This document shows positions 12,601-26,000 of a stretch of DNA of 64,000 nt, piece by piece. This DNA is from Octopus bimaculoides. Taxonomy: Eukaryota. The notes below the pieces were generated by a model. The model did not search any database and was not told where the DNA came from. It was given only the letters and a program-made list of their open reading frames with translations. A program made the translations under genes and the position numbers. The stretch covers positions 67,383,408-67,447,407 of the forward strand of contig NC_068989.1 in NCBI RefSeq assembly GCF_001194135.2. The letters run 5' to 3'. Positions within the stretch are counted from its first letter, which is position 1, and every line of letters begins with the position of its first letter.

Positions 12601-15600
12601 TGTTTATTCTTCAACCATTATGCTTTTCTTTGTTGTTTATCATTTTCTAGATTTAGTTTGGTAGGGATAACTCTGGTAGTTCAGGGCTGAACTAGGTGTA
12701 TTATTTATTGTATCTGGCATGGCTGTGTGGTTAAGAAGCTTGCTTCTCAACCATATGGCCTTGGGTTCACTCCCCTGCATGGCAAGTATCTCCTACTATT
12801 GCCCTAAGCCATGTGAGTGAATTTTGGTAGATGGAAACTGGAAGAAGCCAACCTTGTGTGTTTATACTCTTGTCTTGATGTCACATGGTGATTATAAATG
12901 AGCATCATCATCATCATACAAGTTATGTTGTTTGTTTCCAGTCTTCTGTGGAAAACATGTTTGGTCATGGGGAAATATTTCCTTGCTTAGAAACAAGTGA
13001 AGGTTGATGACAGGAAGGGCATCAAGCCATAGAAAAGTTGCCTCAACAAATTTTGTCTGATCCATGCAAACATGGAAAAATGGAAGTTAAAATAATGATG
13101 ATATGGATAGTTTGGGGTTCATAACAATAACATCAATTCATATCAGAGTTGGCTTCACTGTTCATTCTTCTAAGATTTAGAAAGTAAGCACTACTGTACC
13201 ATTGTTTACAAACTGGGTCATGTGCTTCATCAAAGAAAGTCATTATTTTCTAGATTGATGAGCTTTCATAGTTTAAAAAAAAATTTTTTTTTAAAATCTA
13301 GTATTTAGATTTTTGCTACAAATCTAAACTTAGATAGACCAAGGAAAATGTGGGAAAAGGAGTGAGATCAGATCTGAGAATGTTTGCACTTGTTAGTCTT
13401 CTCTAATTTGTGTGGTCAAAGAAATCAGTATTGTAGTAATTCTGTGCTCATAGTAATATGTTGAATGAGGAGGATAATATAAAAAAAGTATTCTGCCATA
13501 TATTAATTCACTAGAAGTGTAAAGGGTAAAGACTCCTTTCGGTCATGAATGACCATGGGATTGCTCCTAGAAAGTTACTCTCCGAAGCACAAGTCTCGGC
13601 AAGGTATTTAGAAGACCAGCAGTCGCCCATGCACACCAGCCTCTCCTCTCCATATCACTGATGTTATCCAAGGAAAAGGCAAAGGCCAATACAACATGGC
13701 ACCGGTGACATTGCAACTCATTTCTACAGCTGAGTGAACTGGAGTAATGTGAAATAAAGTCTCTTGCTCAAGAACACAACACACAGCCCAGTCCATGAAT
13801 CAAACTCACTACCTCATGATTGCAAACCCGATGCTCTAACCACTGAGCCATGCGCCTTCACACAGAAGTGTACATATAGTGAAACGGATAAGCGATATTA
13901 CTGATAGATATTATATCGGGAGTAGCAACCCAGTTAATCAGTGAATAACATTGTGAAGGGGACCACAGTGAAAAAAGTAGTAGCAAGGAAATTTTTTGAA
14001 AAGAAGAGTGAGAGAGAGAAGTAGAGATTAAACATTTTACTCATTTTGTGTATTGTGAGAAGAATTGTAAATTATTTACAACTGCATGGCTCATCAGAAA
14101 TTTATCGGAGAGGAGTCTGTAAAATAATGGTGGATTCACTTGAATTTAATGACAATAAAAAATAAGAAACAGAAACATAAGTTTTAGAACTAAATGTAGA
14201 CTGTTACTGTAAATTTCAGTGTTGGTTTTCATAGTAACAAGCAAAGCTGTAGTTTGACACTTTTACCATTGCAACTACCACCGCAAGTTTTGATGAGTAA
14301 TGTCATTTTGTGCCTGTGTTATTTCTGTCTGTCATTTTGTTGCAGACAACAGACAGGAAACATGTACAAAATGCTGGCTGTTTTCTAATTGGACTAAAAA
14401 TGATCAAACTTTAAACCTCTGTAACATTTTCCTTAATTTTTCTGCTAATAAATGAACCCCAAATTCAGATACAGTGTGAAAAAATTACCTCAATGTGCCA
14501 AATTTGAAAATTTTCATTTAATTAAAAAATTCCCAAGTCTGGGACAGCATCCCAAAAGATCTGTCTATTTCAACAAAAGTATGTTAACAAAAGGTTTATT
14601 GCTTATATTTTTTCTACATTATGTGCATGTGTTTTCTCCTCTCAGGATCGTGATAGTCAGAAGATGCAGTGGATTAGCAGGTTTGTTGAAGAGCTGAAGA
14701 ATGACAAATGGGTTTTACCTGCCTTGAAACAAATTAGAGAAATATGTCAGTTATTTCCTGAAGTAAGTTTCTCTTTATGTTGTAACTTGATCTTTATATC
14801 TTGACACTCCTTTTCTGTGTGTATATGTGTGTGTATAATAATGATAATAATTAGGCACAGATGTGGCTATGTGGTTAAGAAGTTTGATCTACAATGTTTC
14901 AAGTTCAGTACCACTGCGTGGCAGCTTGGGCAAGTGTCTTCTACTACAGTCCCAGAACATCCAAAGCCCTGTGAGTGGATCTGGTAGATGGAAACTGAAA
15001 GATTGTCGAGTGTGTGTGTGTGTGTGTGTGTTAGTGCCTCCTTGTCTTGACACAACATGGTAGTTCTAAATGAGTGTCCTCATCGTACAAGTGGTGTCCT
15101 TCATTTGCAATCTTCCATCCAGTTGTGTGGAAATATTAATCTTACTTGGAAATGGTTGAGGGTTGGTAAAAGGAAGAGCATTTAACCTTAGAAAATCTGC
15201 CTCAACAAATTCCAAGTGATTACAGGAAATTGGACATTGAAACAATGATAAATTCCTTTACCCAAAACTAAGATTTCTCTCCGAATGCTCCATAATCATA
15301 CCAGCAGTGACAGAAGAAATCCCTAGCTTAGAATAAATGAATAACCTCTACTTCATTTTCTGAGTGATTCTTATTCTAGTTTGTAAATTCATCAGCTCAA
15401 AGAATAGCTCTTGGTTAAGAAACTTGCTTTGCAACTGCTTGGTTCTGGGACCATTCCCATTGCACAGCACATAGAGCAAATATCTTTTAGTATAGCCAAT
15501 TTTTTGGTCAATACTTTGAGTGGAATTTGGTAGCCAGAAAATGTGTAAGCATGCGCTTGTTTACATTGGTATGAATACCTGTGTTTGTATGTTGTATCCA

Positions 15601-18600
15601 TGTGTATGGTAGAGGTGTGTGGCTCAGTGGTTAGGGTGTTGGACTTATGATCATAAGATTGTGGTTTCGATACCTGGACCAGGCGATACATTGTGTTCAT
15701 GAGCAAAACACTTCATTTCACGTTGCTCCAGTCCACTCAGCTGTAGAAATGAGTACCACTAGTGGAGGCGTGTTGTTTAGTGGTTTGGGTGTTGGATTCA
15801 TGACTGTGGTTTTGATCCCTGGACTGGGTGGAGCCATTGTGTTCTTGAGCAAAACACTTCATTTTACATTGCTCCAGTCTACTCTGCTGTAGAAATGAGA
15901 TTAGCCTGGAGAGGGATGGGCTCCACCAGGCTTTCTCACCCTAGATATGCTGCATAGCTGCAGTGGTCTGACAACCCCCAAGGGGTTACGGGACTTGTCA
16001 TTGTCATCTGTGTATATCCTGTAACTTAGTGGCGCAACAAATAGAGAAAAATGATATAAATAGTAGATTGGCTGAGATCCTCAAAGGCAGTACCATGCTT
16101 TTTGAGAGTTTTAGATGTCAGTTAGGTTTCCACCTATATGGTTTCAGGTTCAGTCCCATGCTGCAACACCATGGGCAAGTGTCTTCTACTATTGCTCTGG
16201 GCTGATGAAAGCCTTGTGAGTGTATTCAGTAGATGCAAACTGGAAGAAGCCTGTTGTGTATGTATACCCACACACAGATGTGTGTGTGTGATTGTGTATT
16301 TTCTCTTGACATTGCCTAATAGTTGTAAATGAGTGTCACTGTCATACAAACTGTCATTGAATTTTAATATTCAGCAAAAATGTATCCAGGCAACCTTGGA
16401 AACAAAGTGAGGCTTGGCAACGGTGGGGGGGGGGGGGGAGCATTCAGCTGTAGAAAATGTGTCTCAATAAACTTTACCTGATCCATGCAAGCTTGGAACA
16501 GTGGACATTAAACATTGAGAATGATGCCCCTCCCACACAGACAGACAGACTTGAATAAATTACTAATTCTTATAGTTGGATATATGATCATGTTTTTAGT
16601 CATGATGTAAACTAAGTATTCATCAATAAAATGCTGCTGAAACAGTTGTGAATTTTAAACTACATTTGTGTTTTTTGATGATGATATCTATATACACACA
16701 CACACACATGCACACGAAATTGAATGAGGAACTTAAACAATTTACAAACTATCTCTCCTTATTGAACACAACTGTATTTTATATGTAATATTTTCTCTTT
16801 TGCTTTTTTATTCTCTGTTGCAGACATCTCAAAATTTTCCTCATGCTCAGCGAACACCTCACATGTATTATAGGAATCAAGTAATTAGTCAGTTACACCA
16901 TCAGCATTCTATTGTTATGCTTGTAGCTCAAAATTTAGCAACTTACATGGAGAATGCCAGGTCTTATGCAAAAGGTAAACTTATTGTACTCTTTTTGTTT
17001 GTGCTAGAAAATAAATTATAGTGTAATTTTCTAATTAATTTTTGTTTAAAGTTGTGGAATATCTTTATTTCAAAAAGAAGAAAAGTCATCTATTTATTAT
17101 TAACTAAACTAAATATGAGAGGATAGAATATTAGGATGGTTGAGTAAACGATAACAGTATCACTTTTGATTTTTTTTTGTATCTGTTCTGTGTTTGGTTG
17201 GCAGAATTTATAGAGCATCAGATAAATCACTTAGTTTTTTGTTACATTCTCTGGCCAACTTTACCTTTCTTCTTCCAAAGATGATAAAATAATTACCAAA
17301 CAAGGTACTGGGAGGGATATAAATAAATAAACTCTTGGACCTGGCATGGTTATAGTCTAATGACTGTAATCATTAAAGGAAAAGAACATCCCCCTTTTTT
17401 TGTGACTTTAGATGAATTTTGTCATTTCTCAGTTTCTTTGTCACATTGCCCTGTTGTCTTGAATATATGTATCTGTCTTAGAATTCTGAAAACCCTTATC
17501 ACTTATCCTACTGTCACACGTCCCTCTTTCCATTATCATTCATGATTCTCACTCTGTAAATGGATGGGTGAGTGAGCATAGATGTAAGGTTGCGAGGTGT
17601 CTTTAAGCATGTCATGGTCATGATAACCTCTCTAGTGCTGATGCCATAAAAAATGTACCTAGTACACTCTGTAAAGTGTGAGGTTGTGAAGATATGACAA
17701 TATCTATGAAGATATATCTTGTGGAAGATATGACACTGGGCTGGGAGCAGTGCCATGAAAAAAAAAAAGCATCCAGTACACTCTGTAAAGGAGTTGGGAT
17801 TGAATCCTAGTCAAAAATGATATGCAAGCGAGATACACTCTTCTGACCTGTCTAGGTGGGCAGTGCTCACAAATGTGTTCTGACTCTGACCATTGCAAAC
17901 TGTTTAATCCATTTCAGCTTAGAAAGTGGATGTAAAATGATGACAAAGATGATGTAATTTGAATGAGGGTTCTGATAATGTATTTTTACTGTTTCATCTA
18001 TATAAATATCATCATCATCGTTTAACGTTTGCCTTCCATGCTGCCATATATATATATATATATCTAATTCCTTATGTACTTTGTACTTCTATCTGTAAAC
18101 CCGGTTGGCAAAATAACATGGTTTGTCATAAACACCTGTATNNNNNNNNNNATATATATATATATATAAATATATATATATAAGTCACAATATATGGATT
18201 CAAGTAATCCAGTAGTACTCATAAAAAACACTCATCATTCTACAAAACATATTTGATAATATTGTCATTGAAACAAGTTGAATATTTCTTTTAAGAGAAA
18301 AGCCTTGATCCATTGACTTGTTCATTGATAGTTTTCTGTAATAAAATCTATTTATCTAAGGTGGTTTGTATTTTCTGTAGAAATTACTTTTGAGCACAGT
18401 TTTGGGTGGTGGGTGGAAGGGTAAGCCCGAGTCAAAAACCAAAAATCCATTTGGTTTGCAATTAAAAAGTGTTTTGAAGTTTTGTTTCATAAATAATATT
18501 CTTTCTAATATAGGCACAAGGGCTGAAATTTGGTGGGTGGTGGCTAGTCAATTACATTGACCCCAGTGCTCAACTAGTACTTATTTTATCAACCCTGAAA

Positions 18601-19974
18601 GGACGAAATGTAAAATTGACCTTGGTGGAATTTTTAGTGAGAATGTATATAGTGTCGGAAGAAATGCTACTCCATTAAGCGTTTTCTCTGTCATACCATT
18701 ATTTTGCCTGCTGCCTTTAATAATTTTGATGAGGCCAGCAATTTTAGGTTAAGTGGGGTTAGTCAGTTACATCAGTCTCAGTTACCTGACAGGTGCTTCA
18801 TTTTATTGACCTTAAAAGGATGAAAAGCAAAGTTGACCATGGCAATATTTGAACTCAGAATGTAAAGATTGGGGATAATAATAATCCTTTCACCTATAAG
18901 CACAAGGCCTGAAATGTTAGGGTGGGGGATAATTGATTACATTGACTCCAGTGCTCAACTGGTTCTTATGTCATTGACCCTGAAATGATGAAAGGCAAAG
19001 TCTACCTCATTGGAATTTGAACTCGGAACTTAGAGCTGGAAGAAATGTCACTGATCATCTTGTCTAGTGCTGCAACAATTCTACCAGTTTGCTACTTTAA
19101 TGATGATGATAATAATAATAATCCTTTCTGCTATAGGCACAAGGTGTGAAATTTGGGGAAGGGGGCTAGTTGATTACATCAGACCCCAGTGTTTCACTGG
19201 TACTTAATTTATCGATCTTGAAAGGATGAAAGGCAAAGTGAACCTCAACCAAATCTGAACTCAGAACGTAGTGGCAGACGAAATACTGCAAGGCATTTTG
19301 CCCAGCGTGCTAATGATTCTGCCAAATAATAGTAATAATAACAATAATAATTCTTTCTACTATAGGCACAAGGCCTAAAGTTTTGAGAGTAGGGGCTAGT
19401 CAGTTACATCAACCCTGAAAAGATGAAAGGCAAAATTTACCGCAGCAGAATTTGAACTCAGAATGTAAATACAGAACAAAATACCACTAATCATTTTGCC
19501 TCACATGCTAATGTTAAAAATAATGTCTCAAATTTTGGCATGAAGTGAATTTTAGTGGGAGGGAGTTAATCAATTACACTAACTCCAGTACTTGATTGGT
19601 ACTTTATTTTAATGATCTCGAAAAAAATGAAAGGTGAAGTTGACCTTGGCAGAATTTGAACTCAGAACACTGTGAGGTGAAAGAAAAGCTGTTAAGCATT
19701 TTGTTTGATGTGTTAATGATTCTGGCAGCCTGCTGCCTTGATAATAATAATAATAATAATAATTAATAATGATAATAATAATAATTATGGTACAATTTTT
19801 AAGGAGGAAAAGTTGACATTGACACTAGTACTTGACTGGTACTTTATTTTATTGACCCTAAAAGGACAAAGAGCAAAGTTAACCTTGGCAGAATTTGTAC
19901 TTGGAATGTGAAGACTGACAAAATACCACTAAGCATTTCGCCTGGCATGCTAACAATTCTGCCAGTTTTCTGCC

Positions 19975-20007
<33 letters not shown>

Positions 20008-23000
20008 GTAATAATAATAGGCAAATAATTCTAAATTCCAAAAAATTCAATGATTTTTGTAAAATGAGCAAATTAATGATTCCTTGTAGTTGAATGTCAC
20101 TAGTTAGATTAATTACTGAACAATACAATAAAAACACAATCTTTCTATCTGGTTTAAATTCTTCTTCTTTTGTTGTTTTAGAACATCCATTTGAAGATCC
20201 TAGTAATATTTATCCTGATGGCAGATTCAATCATATTCAACAAGTGCAGGAACGACTCCGATTCTTACGGTTTGTTTTGATGACACTTCATTTAATTATT
20301 TTAATTTTTGCACAAGTTTTTAGATGTTTATTAACTCACAGACACTTCACTAAAATGATAAAATATTATTGAAGTTTTTATATTTCCATTTTATTAAAAT
20401 ATTTACTACTTGTATATGTGAGAATAAGAAGTATGAGGCTTATTGAGCTTGGTTATATTTAGCGGACACTAGTCTGTTGTGTCACTTGGATTTAAGTAAC
20501 ACCTCCTTTAGGTGGTGTGCTATTAATTGCAAGAAAGCACTGTTGTTCTAGATAGTTATAAATCCTAAAACTATGGGTTGTACCAAGAAACAGTTCTGTC
20601 AGCTGGTACATAATCTTGTATCCATACTTCTCCAGTCCTTGATTGATACCCCTTGGCAAGGATATTATGTATGGCAAGCCTGTTTAGGTCCTCCCAAAAA
20701 CTGGTACAGTAGTCAGCAGCTAGTCCTGAGTTTTTGCTTTAGTCTTCCTGTTAACCCTTTTGTTACTATATTTATGCTGAAACACAGTGTCTTTGTTTCA
20801 ATTAATTTTTAAAATAATGAAGAATTTAATAAAATAACTTCTGTTGGTGTTTGGCTCATGAATTTACATGAAGTTTTGTTGGGAAGTTTTAAGTTCAGTC
20901 ACTTTAAAACAATAAGTTTATGTCATAAAACCTGGGGTAGTCTTAGGTGGGTTGGTATCAAAAGGGTTAAAACAAACCTCTGCCGTGCTAAGACCTAAAT
21001 GCAATGTAACTCTGTATGCCAACATTCCCTGGCTTTGTCAAACCTGACTGCTTACTGTACCCTTAATGACTCACAAATTTCATATTCTGTTAGTCCTGGT
21101 TGTCTTCAGTTATTGCTTCCAACAACACCAAAGTTCAACAAATCCACAGTTCTGTCTTTTCTAATTTTCCTCATTGCTTTGTTCAGCCATCACATTTCCT
21201 GTGACTGTTATTTCAAGCAATCTCTTAGTCTTCTGTGATGACCTCCTTGATGTCTATGGCTGCAAAACCCTATTTCTCTCTTTACGTACTGAAAATTTTC
21301 GGTGCTCTGTACTCTAGAATATTGCTGACACATTAAGAGTAATGAAGTTAGGCTCTATCCCTTCTCTTTTCTTTTTCTCCCCCCCCCCCCGGCCATCTTT
21401 TTATGTCTTCGTATTTTCTCTTTTTCTCACTTTGCNNNNNNNNNNTCTTTTTCTCACTTTGCATGTGCATGCACACACTCACACAAATACACACACACAC
21501 ACACACACACAAACTACATTGTGAAGAGAAGTCACAGTCCAGCTGGTGGGCAAGACTTGATACTGTAAAGCACTGACCATTGAGCTGTTTTCTTTTAGAG
21601 TCACTACTTCCCTGGAATTGCTGATTATATTATTCTCTCCTGATCCAAGACTGCTATGCTTATTTCTCTCCTTGCCACCATCCCTAACATTTTACCAACC
21701 CAGTTGGCTCATTTTGTTGAAGTGTCCTGTGATGTTACCTACATTGTTGTTTTTGTGGTTGTAGTTTAGTTTACTTTTTCAGTCATTTTAAATTACTTTT
21801 TATATGAAAAGCAATATTTTCAGATCCAGTGTTTAATTTTTTTTCTTTTTTCTTTTTGAATGCTTTATCAGTAGCAGTTAAAAATCATCTGTGACTTATG
21901 TTAAATATTTAATCTTTTTAACCCTTTTGATACCCCATTTCTATTGAAATACGCTGCCTATGTTTCAGTTAAGTTTTGAAATAAAGAAGGATGTAGTAAA
22001 ATAACTTTATCATTATTCAGTTGGTGTCTGGAACAAATTAACATGAAATTTTGATTGCAGGTTTTAATTTAGACCATTTTAAAGCAAGAAGTTTGTGTCG
22101 TAGAACCAGGGCAGTCTCAAGTGAATTGGTATCAAAATGGTTAATCTAAGATACTTTGTGTTAAAACTTTAAGCACTTTGTTCTCTGTAATGTATTTTTT
22201 CCCCTCTTTTTAAATGTATTTTTATTTTTAAAGGTTTTTACTGAAAGATGGTCAACTTTGGTTATGTGAAATTCAAGCCAAGCAGGTATTATACCTTGTA
22301 TGTTTTCATTTCATTATGGTAGTATATGAAATATATAATCTTCAACAATACTTACTGAAAACTAATCTTATTAATTTGATACTACTTTGCCAACTCAATG
22401 CACTCAACTGTTAGCAGAAAACTGGAAATTTAAGACACATACTGTAAATTAGTAGTAGAACTACTACTGCTAATAGAGAGCATGTAGTGTAGACTAAAAC
22501 TTGAAACAAACATCAATCCATATTGATAAAATAACACAATGAGGGTATAGAGATATGTTTTTGTATAGACCCATTCAATGCTAGTTTATTCATTGTAAGC
22601 ATAGCATTTACTTGGTTTTAATGTTTGGGCATTAATTTCCTCACTAAGATTGTTTATCTGGTTCTTGTATTGAAGCTTAAAATAGGAAAAAAAATTGCAT
22701 TCTTCTTTTAAAATTACAAATCTGTGGTGATTTGAAAATATGCATAAAACTTTGTAAGGAGGAAGGAAAATAAAATTGATATAGTTGAGTGTAAGTGAAG
22801 GGGACTAGTTACTACAAAACTAACCTATAACTGGCTTTGATTCCCTTTTTGTAGCAGTCAGAAAATATTACAGCATTTCTTTTATCATTAAAAAGTTTAA
22901 AAAAAAAAAAAAAACGTACATGAAGTTGAAAATCTGACATATTCTAATGCAAAGAATAGAGATAGTGAAAATATATTCTTAAATCCCCACCAAATTGTCC

Positions 23001-26000
23001 TTGACTCTTTCAAAGAGTTATTCCTTTCTGAAGGGCAACATATCGATTTTCCTGATCATGTTTTATGTTAGGTTGGTTATTTAGTATCTTTCTGTGTTAG
23101 CCCAGCCATTTCTTACAACAATTTTCAACAATTTATCCTGGTTTGTGATCATATCCATTTAAATTTATTTTGGTTTGTAATTATATCTTTTTAAAGTTAT
23201 TTAGCTTGTTGTTGGGCCTCAGGTCAGCATAGATCTAGAGTATTTTCTACCTGTTGTATAAAAATACATGTCTTGGAACAAACATCCAATGAAGAGTTAC
23301 TCAAGTGTTTCACTGGTTAAATCCCATACTCAGCTTATTGGGTCTGTTTCTTACTTAAGGGTATCTTTTTCCAGGTTTTACATGTGTGAAAATCTTGCAG
23401 TTATCTTTCCTTTGGTTTCAATTTTCAAGCTGAGGTTGAAAATTCTACTTGCTCCTTCCTACATAAAGCTTTATTTTTCTATCATTTGATCTTGACTATC
23501 TCCTGCCTCTGTAATTTTCTTTAAGTTTTGCTTCTTGATTGATAAGACCAAAGGTATTCCAGCCATGACCATCTCGTCTTTTATTCAAACTTAGTGTTTC
23601 TAGGACCACATAATGCCTTCTTTTTAAAGATAGGTGTAATTTGAGGGAGATTTGGTTGCTATTTCTAGGAAGGTGACATTGTTGAAGCACCATCTTTTAA
23701 TGGTATGTTTCTGTTTTGACATTATTCTGTTTAAATTTTCATTTGTTTTTAAAAGTTTGCTTTCTTTTTATAAGAAAATTTGAGCTTTATATTTGTAGAT
23801 AAAAAGCTCTTTTGAATAAATATCCAAATTTAGTATTGTTTGAATATTTTTAATTGGAACATGTCTTACTTATTGTAGCCTTTTATAATTTGACAGTGTT
23901 GGCCACTTTATGGAGTGGAGTTGGCTATTGATTTTAGTATGTTAAGAAATGCAGTGATGTCATCAAGAATAAGCCTTTCCTTATGAGAGACAGGCTGTGT
24001 TTTACAGTCCTTTAGAACTGAATTTTATTTCTAATATCCTTTTTACAGCTGTCTTATCCAATTGTTGCTGCCAAATTTGTTTTAAATTGAGATCAGAAAT
24101 GATATTTTTGTATTTATAGTAATCATAAATTTAATTCATTAAAGATTTATTTTAATTTTTTTGTTTGAAAGTTATTTTGGAAAAGAACTCTTCCCTATGT
24201 TTTGGCCTTCGCCAGTACATAATGGCAGATAGAAATATACCCAAAACTAATTCCTTACAATACTAAATTTTTAAATTGCTTCTTATAAGTAAAATGTTTT
24301 ATCATGTCTTTTTCATTTTTTTTTGTTGTCCATAACTAAAACCAAATCTTTATTTTGTTATTAATAAACTCTTCAAAAATCAGTGTTCTTATATTTTTCT
24401 CAATTGTTTCTCTTTAATGGTTTTTATTCTAATTATCTTATAACATCCCCTTCTTGTAAGCAGTATAGTTTTTCGTTGAAAGACCTTGATTTATGTTAAC
24501 AAACTTTTGAACACTTGTTTAAAACATTAGCAGCTGAGGTGACATGATATTAGCAAAGATGATTAATTTAAATGACCAATTTCTATTTTTTTTTTCTCGT
24601 ATGGGAATTTCACACTTCATGGCATCAAATTTTTTTTTTGTTTTCAAAATTAGATCTTTCATTACTTGGTGTTATTTAGTCACGGTATTGTAATTAGTTT
24701 TCATTACAAGCTAAATTGGAATCTCTATAATCATTATTTTTAGAAATACCAGTAAAATTTAATCGGATTTGTGATTTAGTTATATAAAAGATAATGGGAT
24801 CTTGTTCAAAACGGGGGCACCAGTTTTCATTTATGTTTTATGTAGTGTTTTTGGTACCGAAAGACTTTCAAACTTCGTATACTTATCTATTTTGTGTTAT
24901 AGAACAGAAAAAAAAATTTTATATTCGAATTTATTTCATGTAAAAAATTGTCTTATTTCGATAANNNNNNNNNNNNNNNNNNNNNNNNNNNNNNNNNNNN
25001 NNNNNNNNNNNNNNNNNNNNNNNNNNNNNNNNNNNNNNNNNNNNNNNNNNNNNNNNNNNNNNNNNNNNNNNNNNNNNNNNNNNNNNNNNNNNNNNNNNNN
25101 NNNNNNNNNNNNNNNNNNNNNNNNNNNNNNNNNNNNNNNNNNNNNNNNNNNNNNNNNNNNNNNNNNNNNNNNNNNNNNNNNNNNNNNNNNNNNNNNNNNN
25201 NNNNNNNNNNNNNNNNNNNNNNNNNNNNNNNNNNNNNNNNNNNNNNNNNNNNNNNNNNNNNNNNNNNNNNNNNNNNNNNNNNNNNNNNNNNNNNNNNNNN
25301 NNNGGCTGAATGGATGTCAGTCATTGGTTGAAATTACAGAAATACGACAACTTTAACATGAAATAACTTGCGATGTACGTTTTTTTGTTAAGAAGACTAA
25401 GAGAAAAAGATGTTTTATATGACACATTCTACCAGTGTCCCAAGTTTCAAAGTGTTTCGTTAAGAAAATACTGGTGCCCCCGTTTTGAACAAGATCCAGA
25501 TAATGCTTAGTGTTAGTTAATTAATGCTCTCTTCTATTGTTGTTCTTTGAGACCAGATATACCTGCATAAGATAAATGACTGTAGTTGAATAGTTTGTAC
25601 ATGAGAAATAAATTAAGAATCATAGTAAACTATTATCTTAATGACTGTGCTTTGTAACAGCTTCGAAACTAATAAATTTTATCTTTTCAGGAACCATTGT
25701 TGCATATTATCTTATTTAAATATTTTCTTTTCAGATTTGGAAATGTTTAGCTGAAAATGCTATATATGTGGCTGACAGAGAGTCTTGCTTTAAATGGTTT
25801 GCTAAGGTAATAATCATTTATTATTACTATTATTATTACTAATATCAACCCTTTAGCATTCAGATTATTCTGTCAAAAGGTAATGCTTATTCATTCACAT
25901 TATTTTAAATTAATCTTGCATTACTTTGTAGCTTTGAGATTTTGATGATGTGATTGTTTATTTTTGGAATGACATTGTAGGGCAGGTGTGAGAAGCCATA

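Noticed and set aside
18500-19975. CRISPR-like repeat-spacer appearance of the periodic array (also the 26-bp repeats at 26650-26925)
   Set aside because: Eukaryotic intron; units are diverged SINE copies or contiguous minisatellite units with no unique spacers; no cas genes.
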